Source: Deltaproteobacteria bacterium
Lineage (GTDB): Bacteria; Myxococcota; SpSt-1050
Direction: 5' to 3'
DNA: 64,000 nucleotides
Assembly (NCBI GenBank): GCA_026416535.1
Contig: JAOAFA010000050.1
Coordinates: 1,904-65,903, forward strand
Positions 1 through 9,906 of this stretch are shown piece by piece (position 1 is the stretch's first letter; every line of letters begins with the position of its first letter). Below the pieces are notes generated by a model. The model saw only the letters and a list, made by a program, of their open reading frames with translations. It searched no databases and was not told the origin of the DNA. The position numbers were made by a program, and so were the translations under genes.

Positions 1-1693
1 TTGCAACTTTCCTACAGACAGAGGCAATAACTCTCTCAAGGTTTCTGACACCCGCCTCTCTTGTATAAGAACTTATAATCTTTATGATTGCTTCATCTTT
101 AAAACTTATTAGATCACCTGAAAGCCCGTTTTCTCTTATTTGCTTTGGAATAAGATGATTTTTTGCTATCATCAATTTTTCTTCAACAATGTAGCCAGGG
201 ATCTCTATTATCTCCATTCTATCCAAAAGGGGTGGTGGGATAGGATCCATAAGATTGGCTGTCGTAATAAAAAGCACCTTAGACAAGTCAAAGGGTACGT
301 CCAAATAATGATCAGTAAATGAGAAATTTTGCTCTGGATCTAAAACTTCTAAAAGGGCACTAGCTGGATCCCCTCTAAAATCCATCCCTAACTTATCTAC
401 CTCATCAAGCATTATTACAGGGTTGTTTGAACCGACCTTTCTTAGTGCCCTAATTATTCGACCAGGCAGCGCCCCGACATAAGTTCGTCTATGACCTCTT
501 ATTTCTGCCTCATCTCTAATACCTCCCAGTGAAAGCCTCTCAAACTTTCTTCCCATTGCCCTTGCTATAGATCTACCCAAAGATGTCTTTCCAACACCTG
601 GAGGACCTACAAAACAGAGTATAGGACCTTTCATATCGGACTTTAATTTCCTCACGGCAAGATACTCTATAATTCTGTCTTTCACCTTCTCAAGACCAAA
701 GTGATCCTCGTCAAGAGTCTTTTTGACATTTTCTATGTCAAGATTATCCTCAGTAGAGATATTCCATGGTAGTTCACAGATCCAATCTAAATATGTCCTA
801 GAGACCGTATACTCTGCACTCTCTGGGTGCATCTTTTCCATCCTAGACAGCTCTCTCTCAGCCTCTTTTCTAACTTCATCTGGAAGTCCCAGTTTTTCAA
901 TCTTTTCTCTAAACTCCTGTATTTCTCGTTCACCATCATCATCACCCAACTCTTTTTTTATAGCCTTAAGCTGTTCTCTTAGATAATATTCCCTTTGACT
1001 TCTATCAATCTGTTGTCTTACATTGTCCTGAATCTTGTTACCAAGTTCAAGAACCTCTATTTCTCTATTCAAATTATCAAGAACACGCTCTAACCTCTTG
1101 TTGATATTACCCTCTCCAAGTAATTCCTGGAGTTCAGGCAACTTCAGATTAAGATTTATCGCTATGATATCTGTCAAAAAACTTGGATCGTCACTAGACA
1201 TCACAGTTCCTACAAGGTCCTTTGAGATTATAGGAGAACGTTCAGCTAAAATCTGAAAGCTCTTCTTAAGAGCGCTTATCTTTGCCTGAGAATCTTCAGA
1301 ATATTCAAAACTCTCCTTTATTTGAGAAACCCTTGCCGTAAAATATGGCTCACTTGTTAAAAACTCATCGATGTTTATTCTTGCTATACCCTGAATAAGT
1401 GTCCTCATTTGACCATCTGGGAATTTCATCATCTTAAGAACAATTGCGACACAACCAGCTCTATATAGATCACTTTCCTTAGGATCCTCTATATCCGGAT
1501 CCTTTTGGGCCACAATTGCTACAAATCTATTACTCACCAATACATCATCAATAAGTTTTATTGACTTCTCTCTACCGATCATCATTGGCATAGACACCAT
1601 TGGGAACAACACGATATTCCTCACCGGTAGAACAGGTAGTTTTTCTGGAATCTCATATCTAATGCCTTTAGGAAAACTTGGGCCCTTACTCAT
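1..1693 (-). CDS. lon: ATP-dependent Lon protease, N-terminal ~564 codons (3' end runs off the window)
   Basis: Absent from the ORF track because it has no stop in the window. My minus-strand translation from ATG 1693..1691 gives MSKGPSFPKGIRYEIPEKLPVLPVRNIVLFPMVSMPMMIGREKS (LON N-domain). It continues through Walker A GPPGVGKTSLGRSIARAMGRKF and MLDEVDKL, and reads ...SYTREAGVRNLERVIASVCRKVA at position 1. The + strand ORFs 140..322, 723..986 and 1035..1256 are antisense shadows. Confidence 0.93.
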   Translation of the reverse strand, partial: MSKGPSFPKGIRYEIPEKLPVLPVRNIVLFPMVSMPMMIGREKSIKLIDDVLVSNRFVAIVAQKDPDIEDPKESDLYRAGCVAIVLKMMKFPDGQMRTLIQGIARINIDEFLTSEPYFTARVSQIKESFEYSEDSQAKISALKKSFQILAERSPIISKDLVGTVMSSDDPSFLTDIIAINLNLKLPELQELLGEGNINKRLERVLDNLNREIEVLELGNKIQDNVRQQIDRSQREYYLREQLKAIKKELGDDDGEREIQEFREKIEKLGLPDEVRKEAERELSRMEKMHPESAEYTVSRTYLDWICELPWNISTEDNLDIENVKKTLDEDHFGLEKVKDRIIEYLAVRKLKSDMKGPILCFVGPPGVGKTSLGRSIARAMGRKFERLSLGGIRDEAEIRGHRRTYVGALPGRIIRALRKVGSNNPVIMLDEVDKLGMDFRGDPASALLEVLDPEQNFSFTDHYLDVPFDLSKVLFITTANLMDPIPPPLLDRMEIIEIPGYIVEEKLMIAKNHLIPKQIRENGLSGDLISFKDEAIIKIISSYTREAGVRNLERVIASVCRKVA

Positions 1694-1794
1694 AATTGCT
1701 TCCTATTAGATAAAGACTAGTAAATCCTATTCACCCTATCAAAAATAATCAAGTATAAAAGTGTGCTGTATTTAAAAATGTCTGTATAAGTCAA

Positions 1795-2430
1795 GGACAT
1801 TTGCGGCATTTCTCCATTTTCAACTAAATACTCTAAAGGGCTTCTTAACCCCAGTGACTTGTGCGGTCTCTGAGTACTACAGAAGATGAAATACTCAGCG
1901 AGTCTTTGATGAAATAATGACTTATCGTGGATGATATCCAGATTTGCTTCAATGAACTCCTACTGGATGGTCCTATTATACCTCTCAATGTATGTGTTTA
2001 TCTTTGGACAACAAGGATAGGAAAAATAATGAGAAATCCCTATAGAATATATCTTGAAACCTCCTACTGTAGAATCCTCTAAATTCTACCAAATATAGGA
2101 TATACTCTTGTGTAGTAATTCATTACTCCTTAATGTCGCATATGTATCCTAACTTTTCCATAATCAGATTGAATCAATACCCCTTAGGAGTAATTTTGTT
2201 CTCATTTTGTGATCTTCGGAGAACTAAATAGACCCTATATATTTCATTTTTGAACTTTCTACTCTGGTGGTCATTGTGGCAAGATCTACAATGAATTTGA
2301 ATCTAATAAATAACTTCTAAATTCTAAAATATGATCAACTGTAGGCCCCTCCCGATTCTATGGCCCAGATACACACTCTTTAGCCCTTTTGTTATATCTA
2401 CGATCTGCCAACAATATAGAATTTGGATTT
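1795..2430 (-). pseudogene. Decayed rve/DDE integrase-type transposase (IS481/IS3-like) relic
   Basis: My minus-strand translation of ~1795-2040 reads CPKINTYIERYNRTIQ*EFIEANLDIIHDKSLFHQRLAEYFIFCSTQRPHKSLGLRSPLEYLVENGEMPQ. This resembles the C-terminal '..P.TNG.vERfNrTl..E....yN..RPH.sLg..tP.e' signature of rve transposases, with an in-frame TAG. Farther upstream, WQIVDIT..VYL (~2390-2425) and HNDHQSRKFKNE (~2245-2295, cf. TDNGsEF) survive in other frames, separated by many stops. No intact ORF exists. Confidence 0.6.
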
Positions 2431-2507
2431 CTAGCAACTATTTTTCTTTTAAAGAGTGTCAAGTGAAATTTAAACAGTAATGAGTCAATTTCATTATTCC
2501 CCAAAAT

Positions 2508-4643
2508 TCAAATTATCCTAACATACGAAGGGAGTAATCTCTTCAATCCCCATTTTTCAAAAAAAATCACAAGTTTTATATCCTCACCACTACCCTCTAT
2601 CTGTTTAATAACCCCTATCCCAAACTTGTTATGAAAGACGTTCATACCAATTTTAAATGGGAGATCATTTTTATTCGGTGTCATTTTCATAAGCTCTGGA
2701 TAATACTCAATTTTATAGCCAACATCCTTTTCTTTATTCTCTTCAAAGATCAAGTCTTTCCTGACCTCCTTTACAGGCAAAAAGGTAAACAAGTTATGAG
2801 GCAACTCATCAAAAAACCTACTTTTTCTTCTAACCAATGGCAGACCAGCCTGAAATCTCTCTTTAGCATAAGAGAGATACAGTTTTTCCCTTGCTCTCGT
2901 AATCGCCACATAAAGTAATCGTCTCTCTTCAGCTATCTCGTCTTCATCCATAACAGATTTAAAATGTGGAATTAGGTTTTCTTCGAATCCAGCAATAAAC
3001 ACTATTGGGAACTCGAGACCCTTAGCAGAATGAATTGTCATAATGGAAACATTTCTTATTGAAAGTGAAGCTCTATCTATATCTGACAACAGGCTAACAT
3101 TTTCCAAAAATTGTCTAACAGATAAAGGTTCACTTCCATCTCTTGGAATCATTGAGTTCAAAAGCTCATCTATATTCGCCAACCTATCCAAATAGTCATT
3201 TTTATAATATTGCTCGAGGTAAGACCTATAATTTGTCTCATTAATAATCTTTTCTGCTACATCCCTTGCAGAGATATTATCCATCTGCTTTGCAATACTA
3301 ATCAAAAACATGCTAAAGTTTTGAGTCTTTTCATATCTCAATGCGGCTTCGAAGAGAGATATATTATTCTTAATAGCTATGTCTCGTATTTTCATCAAGG
3401 TTGCATCTCCAAAACCGCGCGGCGGAGTATTTAATATTCTCTCAAAATCCATATCACTCTTAGGATTTACTATCACTCTCAAGTAACTGATAATATCCTT
3501 AATTTCCTTACGTTTGTAAAATTCTGTTCCACCGACCACCTCGTATGGTATATTAGAAAACCGAAACTTTTCTTCTATTATTCTCATCTGAGCATTTGTT
3601 CTCACCAATACGGCAAAGTCGCCAAACTCTTTTTTCTTACTCTCCTTTAAGCGAAGAATCTCAGATGCAATAAATGATGCCTCATCAATATCATTTTCAG
3701 CTGTATAAAATGTTATATTTTCACCTAACGGATTCTTTGTAAAGAGCGTCTTTACATGCCTTTTATCATTATTCTTTATTAATTCAGCTGCTACTGATAT
3801 AATAGCACCTGTTGAACGATAATTCTGTTCGAGCTTAACAATCTTTGCATCCTCAAAGTGACCACCAAAACCCAGGATATTTTCTATAGTCGCCCCTCTC
3901 CATCTATATATGGATTGGTCATCATCTCCAACAACACATATATTTCTATGGTTTTTCAAAAGGAGAAGTAAGAAGTCCATTTGTATCCTATTCGTATCCT
4001 GAAACTCATCTACAAGAATAAACCTAAATTTTGAAGAGAGCCTTTCTCTAATCTCATCAAACATCTTCAAAATTTTAACCATGTTAAATATAAGATCAGA
4101 GAAATCCATTGCATTGGACATTATAAGCCTCTTTTGATATGCCCTAAACACCTCGACATTCAACGATGAATTCTCAACCGCCAGGATATCCTCACCATTA
4201 TCCTTCCTAGATGAAATCTCATTATAGTATTTGTGGACATTGTCCACAGAACTGTCCTGAGAGTAAATCTCTAATATCTCTTTAATAATTTTTTTCGAGT
4301 CTGTTTCATCATAGATTACATAATTATTGGTATATCCTAGCTTGTATGAGTATTTCCTTAAAAGAAAGGCACACGCAGAATGGAAAGTACTCACAAAGAC
4401 ATTACACTTTTTACCAAGAATCAAATCGACTCTTGTCCTCATCTCATTTGCGGCCTTGTTTGTAAAAGTCATAGCAAGAATATTTTCTGGATCCACCCCA
4501 TATCTATCGATTAGATAGGCAATCCTATATGTAATAACCCTTGTCTTTCCACTTCCTGCACCAGCCAGAACAAGCAAAGGACCCTCAAAATGCTTTACCG
4601 CCTCAATTTGTCTATCATCCAACTCTTCTTCGTAATTTATCAT
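2508..4643 (-). CDS. uvrD: ATP-dependent DNA helicase, UvrD/PcrA/Rep (SF1A) family
   Basis: 711-aa ORF with the SF1 motifs readable directly: AGAGSGKTRVITYRIAYL (Walker A), ILVDEFQDTN, VVGDDDQSIYRWRGA, LEQNYRS, TIHSAKGLEFPIVFI, RRLLYVAITRAREKL. Confidence 0.93.
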   Translation of the reverse strand: MINYEEELDDRQIEAVKHFEGPLLVLAGAGSGKTRVITYRIAYLIDRYGVDPENILAMTFTNKAANEMRTRVDLILGKKCNVFVSTFHSACAFLLRKYSYKLGYTNNYVIYDETDSKKIIKEILEIYSQDSSVDNVHKYYNEISSRKDNGEDILAVENSSLNVEVFRAYQKRLIMSNAMDFSDLIFNMVKILKMFDEIRERLSSKFRFILVDEFQDTNRIQMDFLLLLLKNHRNICVVGDDDQSIYRWRGATIENILGFGGHFEDAKIVKLEQNYRSTGAIISVAAELIKNNDKRHVKTLFTKNPLGENITFYTAENDIDEASFIASEILRLKESKKKEFGDFAVLVRTNAQMRIIEEKFRFSNIPYEVVGGTEFYKRKEIKDIISYLRVIVNPKSDMDFERILNTPPRGFGDATLMKIRDIAIKNNISLFEAALRYEKTQNFSMFLISIAKQMDNISARDVAEKIINETNYRSYLEQYYKNDYLDRLANIDELLNSMIPRDGSEPLSVRQFLENVSLLSDIDRASLSIRNVSIMTIHSAKGLEFPIVFIAGFEENLIPHFKSVMDEDEIAEERRLLYVAITRAREKLYLSYAKERFQAGLPLVRRKSRFFDELPHNLFTFLPVKEVRKDLIFEENKEKDVGYKIEYYPELMKMTPNKNDLPFKIGMNVFHNKFGIGVIKQIEGSGEDIKLVIFFEKWGLKRLLPSYVRII

Positions 4644-5084
4644 ATCAAGTCGTCAATAAATGTTAATCAACATTATTCTTTAAAAAACAAAATGTCAAAT
4701 CTCTCTAGCACTGTGTCCTTTATACTCACAGAGAATCTACTCAAATTAACTTAGAGATATTTACACACATTTTGATTGAGGTTTATTTTCTTTAATTATT
4801 CGGTCTATATATCTTCAGCTATGTTATTCAAAAATGAACTCATACCCCATCAATAACTCACACCTTAAGAAATAATAACGTATTTAATGTAAATATAAGG
4901 TGAATAAGAAGCATTCTAACAGGGTATTTTTTATGAAAATACGTCAAAATAATTATTAGTCAAAACACCTCTGTTTTACCTATTACTATAATCTGAATAG
5001 GAGCCTACATTGTTTAGCTAACAAAAATTCTACTTAAGATAAGTATGATATACGATAATTGATTTTGGCGATTGTGCATTATGT

Positions 5085-5818
5085 TCCCAAATGTTTAATT
5101 GTTTAAATAATGCCTTATATAAGTTTTCATTTCTGTTATTATACCTCCACTCCAACTCCTTTAGGTAATATACAAAAACTCTTATCCACCCCATACTGCC
5201 TGAATCCATACATTAAGTAAACTATCATCTCCTTTCCATACATCTGTATGTATTAGACTACCACTCTTTACTTTCTTTATCGTCTCTCTCAAAAGTGTCT
5301 CTCCCTTCACATCCTTCACTACCTATACTGCAACTCTTCTAGTTTTTTCTAATATCCCAAGTAAAGGTATCTTTCTTTTTCCGCTCCTCTTCCTCCACTC
5401 CTACCCCTAAAACAACTTCCATCCGTCCTACTTCTCCTCTCACTTTATCCTTCATCCACTTTCCCACTATCCTATCCCTTATAACCCTGTATATATTATA
5501 CACCGTCCTGTATGATAAGTTACATTCCCTACTACATCTTAGAGTGGATACCTCAAGTGTGAAAAATACCAAAACAAGAAGAAGGTCTCCATATTTTATC
5601 CTTATACCTTAACATCTTGGGCTAAACACCCTTAGACAATCTGGACACCTAATCTGTATTCTCCTACCAAGCTCTATTCTTTCGCTTCCACAGTAAATAC
5701 ACCTACTATGTCTTTTTAAAACCTCTATCTTTATGGGAAAATCGAAAGCTTTTTTGCTAGTTACTAATTTGATTATATCTTTAGTTTTCATGCCCATACC
5801 CCTTAAATTATGATACAT
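5085..5818 (-). pseudogene. Decayed IS1595-family transposase relic (internally deleted, interrupted by stops)
   Basis: Track ORFs 5609..5818 and 5339..5572 plus my translation downstream give four pieces. (1) A Zn-ribbon, CIYCGSERIELGRRIQIRCPDCLRVFSPR. (2) An HTH-like segment, LEVSTLRCSRECNLSYRTVYNIYRVIRDRI. (3) A degenerate 'GEVEvDEsyfGG..rkGkrG' block, GEVGRMEVVLGVGVEEEERKKKD. (4) After stops and a large deletion, the C-terminal GWIRVFVYYLKELEWRYNNRNENLYKALFKQL (cf. 'yL.E.efRyN.R'). The pieces total well under a full-length IS1595 transposase. Confidence 0.6.
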
Positions 5819-6269
5819 TTAAATTCTAACACATCTTATCTTTTGGGGACAAAATGAATAATTACCTAAGATATTTATTTCCTCTCTATAGGTCCAAAAT
5901 GAAAAAGAAAACCTCTTCTAACTACGGTCACTACCTTTATTTAACAACTATGGGAATAATAATACCCCATCTCTCCAGGTAACACTATAAAGTATGAGAG
6001 GTACTAACAGGAGTGGGAATCTATTCTTACCAACTTAATAGACAGCAGTGAATTATTTTCATCACCCTTACTTACAACCGATTAAGGTGGTGATTTATGA
6101 ATAATCAAGGAAGAAAACTTCTTCTTCAAACCGGGATCAAAAATTGAGTTAGTTTTTATTATAGTATTAAATTTCCGGAACTGGGGCAAACATGATTATG
6201 TAGATTTGGTTATAACACAAGACAACGCAAAATATCCAATATAAAAATTAGAATAATGTTTCGAATCAC

Positions 6270-6298
6270 TTGACAAAAAATATTATAAATGAAATTAT
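6270..6298 (+). promoter_or_regulatory. Candidate sigma70-type promoter of the Mo-hydroxylase operon (TTGACA-17-AATTAT)
   Basis: Perfect -35 TTGACA at 6270-6275, a 17-nt spacer, and a 4/6 -10 at 6293-6298. It lies ~30 nt upstream of ATG 6328. -10-like hexamers are frequent by chance in AT-rich DNA. Confidence 0.3.
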
Positions 6299-6327
6299 AT
6301 GAACTGTGTTTTTATAAGGGCGATTTT

Positions 6328-8583
6328 ATGTACATAGGAAAAAATATTAACAGGATTGACGGATTTGAAAGAGTAACAGGCAGATTAAAATTTATAGCAG
6401 ACTATAAAATGGATAATATGCTATATGGTTTAACAGTTAGAGCACCTGTGGCAAAAGGCAAATTAAAAGGAATAATCTTTGACAAACACTTTAATTTCAG
6501 TGATATCACAATTGTTACCGCAAGCGATATTAAAGGAGAAAACATTATTCACATAATCAAAGATGACATGCCTTGTCTCGTCAAGGACCAAATTGAGTAC
6601 TTAGGCGAACCTGTTGCTTTGATTGCTGCAAAGAGTTTAAAAATGGCCTACGAAGCTCTTAGACATATAAAAGTTGAAGTAGAAGAAGAGACACCTATTA
6701 TGGGGATAGAGGAGATTGTGAAAACATACAAGAGGGAACCAGATTCCCTGACATATTTTTATAGACCCTGCATCAACAAAGGAGATGTAAATAAAGGTTT
6801 TGACGAGGCAAGTTACATAGTTGAGGCAGAATTTTATACTGGTTTTCAAGAACACTTATACTTAGAACCTCAGGGAATGCTAACATATCAAAAAAATGGG
6901 AAATTTTACTCCATAGGTTCCTTACAATGCCCCTATTATGTCAGACCTGCTGTTGCCAAAGTCTTAGGAATAAAAGAGGAAGATGTGATTGTTATTCAAG
7001 CTCCTACTGGTGGAGCATTTGGCGGCAAAGAAGACTTTCCAAGTCTACTCGCGGCACATACAGCTTTACTTTGCCAAAAGTCAGGTAAACCCGTAATAAT
7101 GATATATGATCGTGAGGAAGATATCTCATTTACGACAAAGCGACATCCATCCTATGTTCATCATAAGGCAGGTGTGATGAAGGAAGGAAGGATAATTGCA
7201 CTCGAAAGCACTATAATTTTTGATGCCGGCGCATACACTACCCTTTCTCCTGTGGTTTTATCTCGCGGTGCTCTCCATGCCTGCTCAGTTTACAATATAC
7301 CCAATGTCAGAATAAGTGCAAATGCAATAAAATCCAATGTCCCACCGACTGGTGCTTTCCGAGGATTTGGCGCCCCACAGACACTATTTGCAATGGAATC
7401 CTTTATCGACACGATCGCACATCGCCTCAAATTAAGTCCGTATGATATTAGGAAAAAGAATCTAATAAAAACGGGTTCCGAAATGGCTACAGGTCAAAAA
7501 TTAACGGAGAGTGTTGCCATAGATAAGTGTCTCGATAGATTGATCAACATCTCTGACTTTAAGAAAAAATATGAGAGTTACAAAAAACAGAGTAAAAGTA
7601 GAGAGACTGAAACCCTCAAGGGAATAGGGATTGCCACTGTTATGCATGGTGCCTCGTTTACAGGAAGCGGAGAATTGATCCTCAAGTCAAAAGGCGCTAT
7701 TCAATTAAATCCAGATGGCACAATTGAAATACTTATAGCAAATACGGACATGGGGCAGGGAGTACAAACTATATTTCCACAAATAGTTGCAAGCAAACTA
7801 AATATTCCGATAGAACTTGTAAGATGTCCACTTCCTGACACATCACGAGTGCCAAACTCAGGTCCCACTGTAGCCTCAAGAACGACAATGATTGTTGGAA
7901 GAATTATTTCCCTATGTTGCGATGAGCTTTTGTCCTTATTTGAAAAACATTTTAAAGACAGTGTTAAAATCGAAAAAGGGTTTTTAATAATTGGAAAAAA
8001 CAAAAAGCGAATCCCTTTTAAGAAAGCCGCAGAGAGTATAACAAATAGAAAACCGTTGTATATTGAAAAACAATATGATTTTCCACCTGATCAAGTATGG
8101 GATGAGACAGATTTTAAAGGGACCGCTTATCCAGTATACTCATGGGGAGCAATAGCAGTAGAAATAGAAGTAAATAAGTTTACATTCGAAGTAAGACCAA
8201 TTAATTTATACTCGGTTTATGAGATAGGAAAGGCTATAAACCCAAAATTTTCAATGGGTCAATTAGAGGGGGGTTCTATACAGGCACTTGGGTACGGGTT
8301 AATTGAGAGATGTGATCTAAAAAATGGTAAATTTTTTCAAAACAGGTTACAGACATACATAATACCAACCTCAGAGGACATTCCAGAGATGAAAACAGTA
8401 ATTCTCGAAGAGCCATATTCAAGGGGTCCCTTTGGTGCTAAGGGACTAGGAGAACTTCCACACAACGGTGTAGCTCCAGCCATAAGAAATGCAATACTGA
8501 ATGCACTCTCAATTGAGATTAATGAAATTCCTATTACACCCGAAGTAATATTAAAACATATGAAAAATCGAGGATTGATATGA
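6328..8583 (+). CDS. Xanthine dehydrogenase/aldehyde oxidase family molybdopterin-binding large subunit
   Basis: Track ORF 6289..8583. Motifs: APTGGAFGGKED (cf. GGGFGGK), GAFRGFGAPQ, and C-terminal FGAKGLGELPHNGVAPAIRNAI (active-site Glu region). Start moved to ATG 6328 (MYIGKNINRIDG), which has AAGGG 8 nt upstream. ATG 6289 falls inside the candidate promoter. Confidence 0.85.
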   Translation: MYIGKNINRIDGFERVTGRLKFIADYKMDNMLYGLTVRAPVAKGKLKGIIFDKHFNFSDITIVTASDIKGENIIHIIKDDMPCLVKDQIEYLGEPVALIAAKSLKMAYEALRHIKVEVEEETPIMGIEEIVKTYKREPDSLTYFYRPCINKGDVNKGFDEASYIVEAEFYTGFQEHLYLEPQGMLTYQKNGKFYSIGSLQCPYYVRPAVAKVLGIKEEDVIVIQAPTGGAFGGKEDFPSLLAAHTALLCQKSGKPVIMIYDREEDISFTTKRHPSYVHHKAGVMKEGRIIALESTIIFDAGAYTTLSPVVLSRGALHACSVYNIPNVRISANAIKSNVPPTGAFRGFGAPQTLFAMESFIDTIAHRLKLSPYDIRKKNLIKTGSEMATGQKLTESVAIDKCLDRLINISDFKKKYESYKKQSKSRETETLKGIGIATVMHGASFTGSGELILKSKGAIQLNPDGTIEILIANTDMGQGVQTIFPQIVASKLNIPIELVRCPLPDTSRVPNSGPTVASRTTMIVGRIISLCCDELLSLFEKHFKDSVKIEKGFLIIGKNKKRIPFKKAAESITNRKPLYIEKQYDFPPDQVWDETDFKGTAYPVYSWGAIAVEIEVNKFTFEVRPINLYSVYEIGKAINPKFSMGQLEGGSIQALGYGLIERCDLKNGKFFQNRLQTYIIPTSEDIPEMKTVILEEPYSRGPFGAKGLGELPHNGVAPAIRNAILNALSIEINEIPITPEVILKHMKNRGLI

Positions 8584-9044
8584 TAAAAAGAAAATGGAAT
8601 ATAAATGGGAAGATACAAAATATTCAATTTGAAGAAGACCAGAGACTGTTAGATGTTTTAAGAGATGTTTTAGATCTGACTGGCACCAAAGAGGGGTGTG
8701 GGGAAGGTGAATGTGGTACCTGTAGTGTTATTATAAATGGCGAACTCAAACTTGCCTGTCTCCAACTGGCGGCAGTGTTGCCAGATGGAACAGACATCCT
8801 CACAATTGAAGGTGTAGAAAAGACCTCTTTGGGCAAAAGGATACAGAGATCGTTCATTGAAACCAATGCCGTTCAATGTGGTTTCTGCACCCCAGGCATG
8901 ATAATCGCATCATTTTATCTTCTCTCGAACCATAAAAAACCAGACCGCAAGACAATAAAGAGAGCTCTCTCGGGAAACTTGTGTAGATGCACCGGATATA
9001 ATTCAATTTTTGAAGCCATAGAATTAGCATCCGGGAGAAAGTAG
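8580..9044 (+). CDS. Mo-hydroxylase (2Fe-2S)-binding small subunit
   Basis: Two Fe-S motifs, GCGEGECGTCSV and QCGFCTPGM...CRCTGY. ATGA start/stop overlap with the large subunit, with GAGGA upstream. Confidence 0.9.
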   Translation: MIKRKWNINGKIQNIQFEEDQRLLDVLRDVLDLTGTKEGCGEGECGTCSVIINGELKLACLQLAAVLPDGTDILTIEGVEKTSLGKRIQRSFIETNAVQCGFCTPGMIIASFYLLSNHKKPDRKTIKRALSGNLCRCTGYNSIFEAIELASGRK

Positions 9045-9047
9045 ACT

Positions 9048-9881
9048 ATGAAGATATTCCTACCTACTAACATAAAAGAATTTTTAGAAATTAAATCTAA
9101 AGAACCAGATGCAATAATACTAGCAGGTGGAACAGACTTATTGGCACAATGGCATAACAACAAGATTATGCCAAATAAAATTATCTCAATATCCATGCTC
9201 AAAAATCTTTCGTTTATCAAGGAAGAGAATAATTTTGTTGAAATAGGGTCGCTTACAAATCACGCGACCATTGAATCAAATAAGATCATAAATAAATATC
9301 TGCCTATTTTAGCAACTGCGGCTTCAACAATTGGAGCACCGGCAATAAGAAATATGGGCACTATAGGTGGTAATATAGCAAACGCATCCCCGGCAGCTGA
9401 TTTAGCACCTGCTCTCTTAGTCTACGATGCCATAGTAAAACTTACATCCATGAACTCTACAAGAGAATTAAAGCTATCTGAATTTTATAGAGGTTATAAA
9501 CAAACTGCACTCGGGAAAGATGAATTAATTTTTTCAATTAAAATCCCATTACCCCCTCAGGGAGTTGTAACCGAATTCTTCAAGATAGGAACTAGAAGGG
9601 CTCAATCAATAGCTAAGGTATCACTTGCTGGATTAATTAAAAAGGAAAAGAAGGGTATTGACATCATCAGACTCGCAGCAGGTTCTGTGGCACCAACGCC
9701 GATCAGACTTTATGAGTTGGAGAAATTTTTACAAGGGAAAATCTTGACCCGTTCTGTAATCTCAACCGCTTGTGATATATTGCAGAAATATATCAAGCCT
9801 ATCACAGATGTAAGGTCCACAGAAGAATACAGAAGAATTGCATTAAAAAATATTTTAGTTAAATTTTTAAGTGGTATCTAA
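9048..9881 (+). CDS. Mo-hydroxylase FAD-binding medium subunit (CO-DH flavoprotein-like)
   Basis: ILAGGTDLLAQW and GTIGGNIANASPAADLAPAL are the typical FAD-binding motifs. GGGAGAAAG SD; begins 3 nt after the small-subunit stop. Confidence 0.85.
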   Translation: MKIFLPTNIKEFLEIKSKEPDAIILAGGTDLLAQWHNNKIMPNKIISISMLKNLSFIKEENNFVEIGSLTNHATIESNKIINKYLPILATAASTIGAPAIRNMGTIGGNIANASPAADLAPALLVYDAIVKLTSMNSTRELKLSEFYRGYKQTALGKDELIFSIKIPLPPQGVVTEFFKIGTRRAQSIAKVSLAGLIKKEKKGIDIIRLAAGSVAPTPIRLYELEKFLQGKILTRSVISTACDILQKYIKPITDVRSTEEYRRIALKNILVKFLSGI

Positions 9882-9906
9882 TGAGAAGAAATATACATAG
9901 ATCCGC

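Noticed and set aside
5339-5818. ORFs 5609..5818 and 5339..5572 as two small functional genes
   Set aside because: Together they read as consecutive pieces of one IS1595 transposase (Zn-ribbon, HTH, degenerate catalytic start) separated by stops. The remainder is deleted or out of frame, so they are annotated as one pseudogene.
5820-6288. Purine or other riboswitch upstream of the Mo-hydroxylase operon
   Set aside because: I could not find the conserved guanine/adenine-riboswitch junction sequences or a convincing three-way junction, only AT-rich sequence and one weak hairpin (~6045-6085). An Rfam scan would be needed to exclude it fully.
9882-9906. Bidirectional terminator between the convergent FAD-subunit gene and purQ
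   Set aside because: Only a 6-bp TGAGAA/TTCTCA pairing across a ~27-nt loop (about 9871-9909), largely overlapping the coding ends of the two genes. It is too weak to call.
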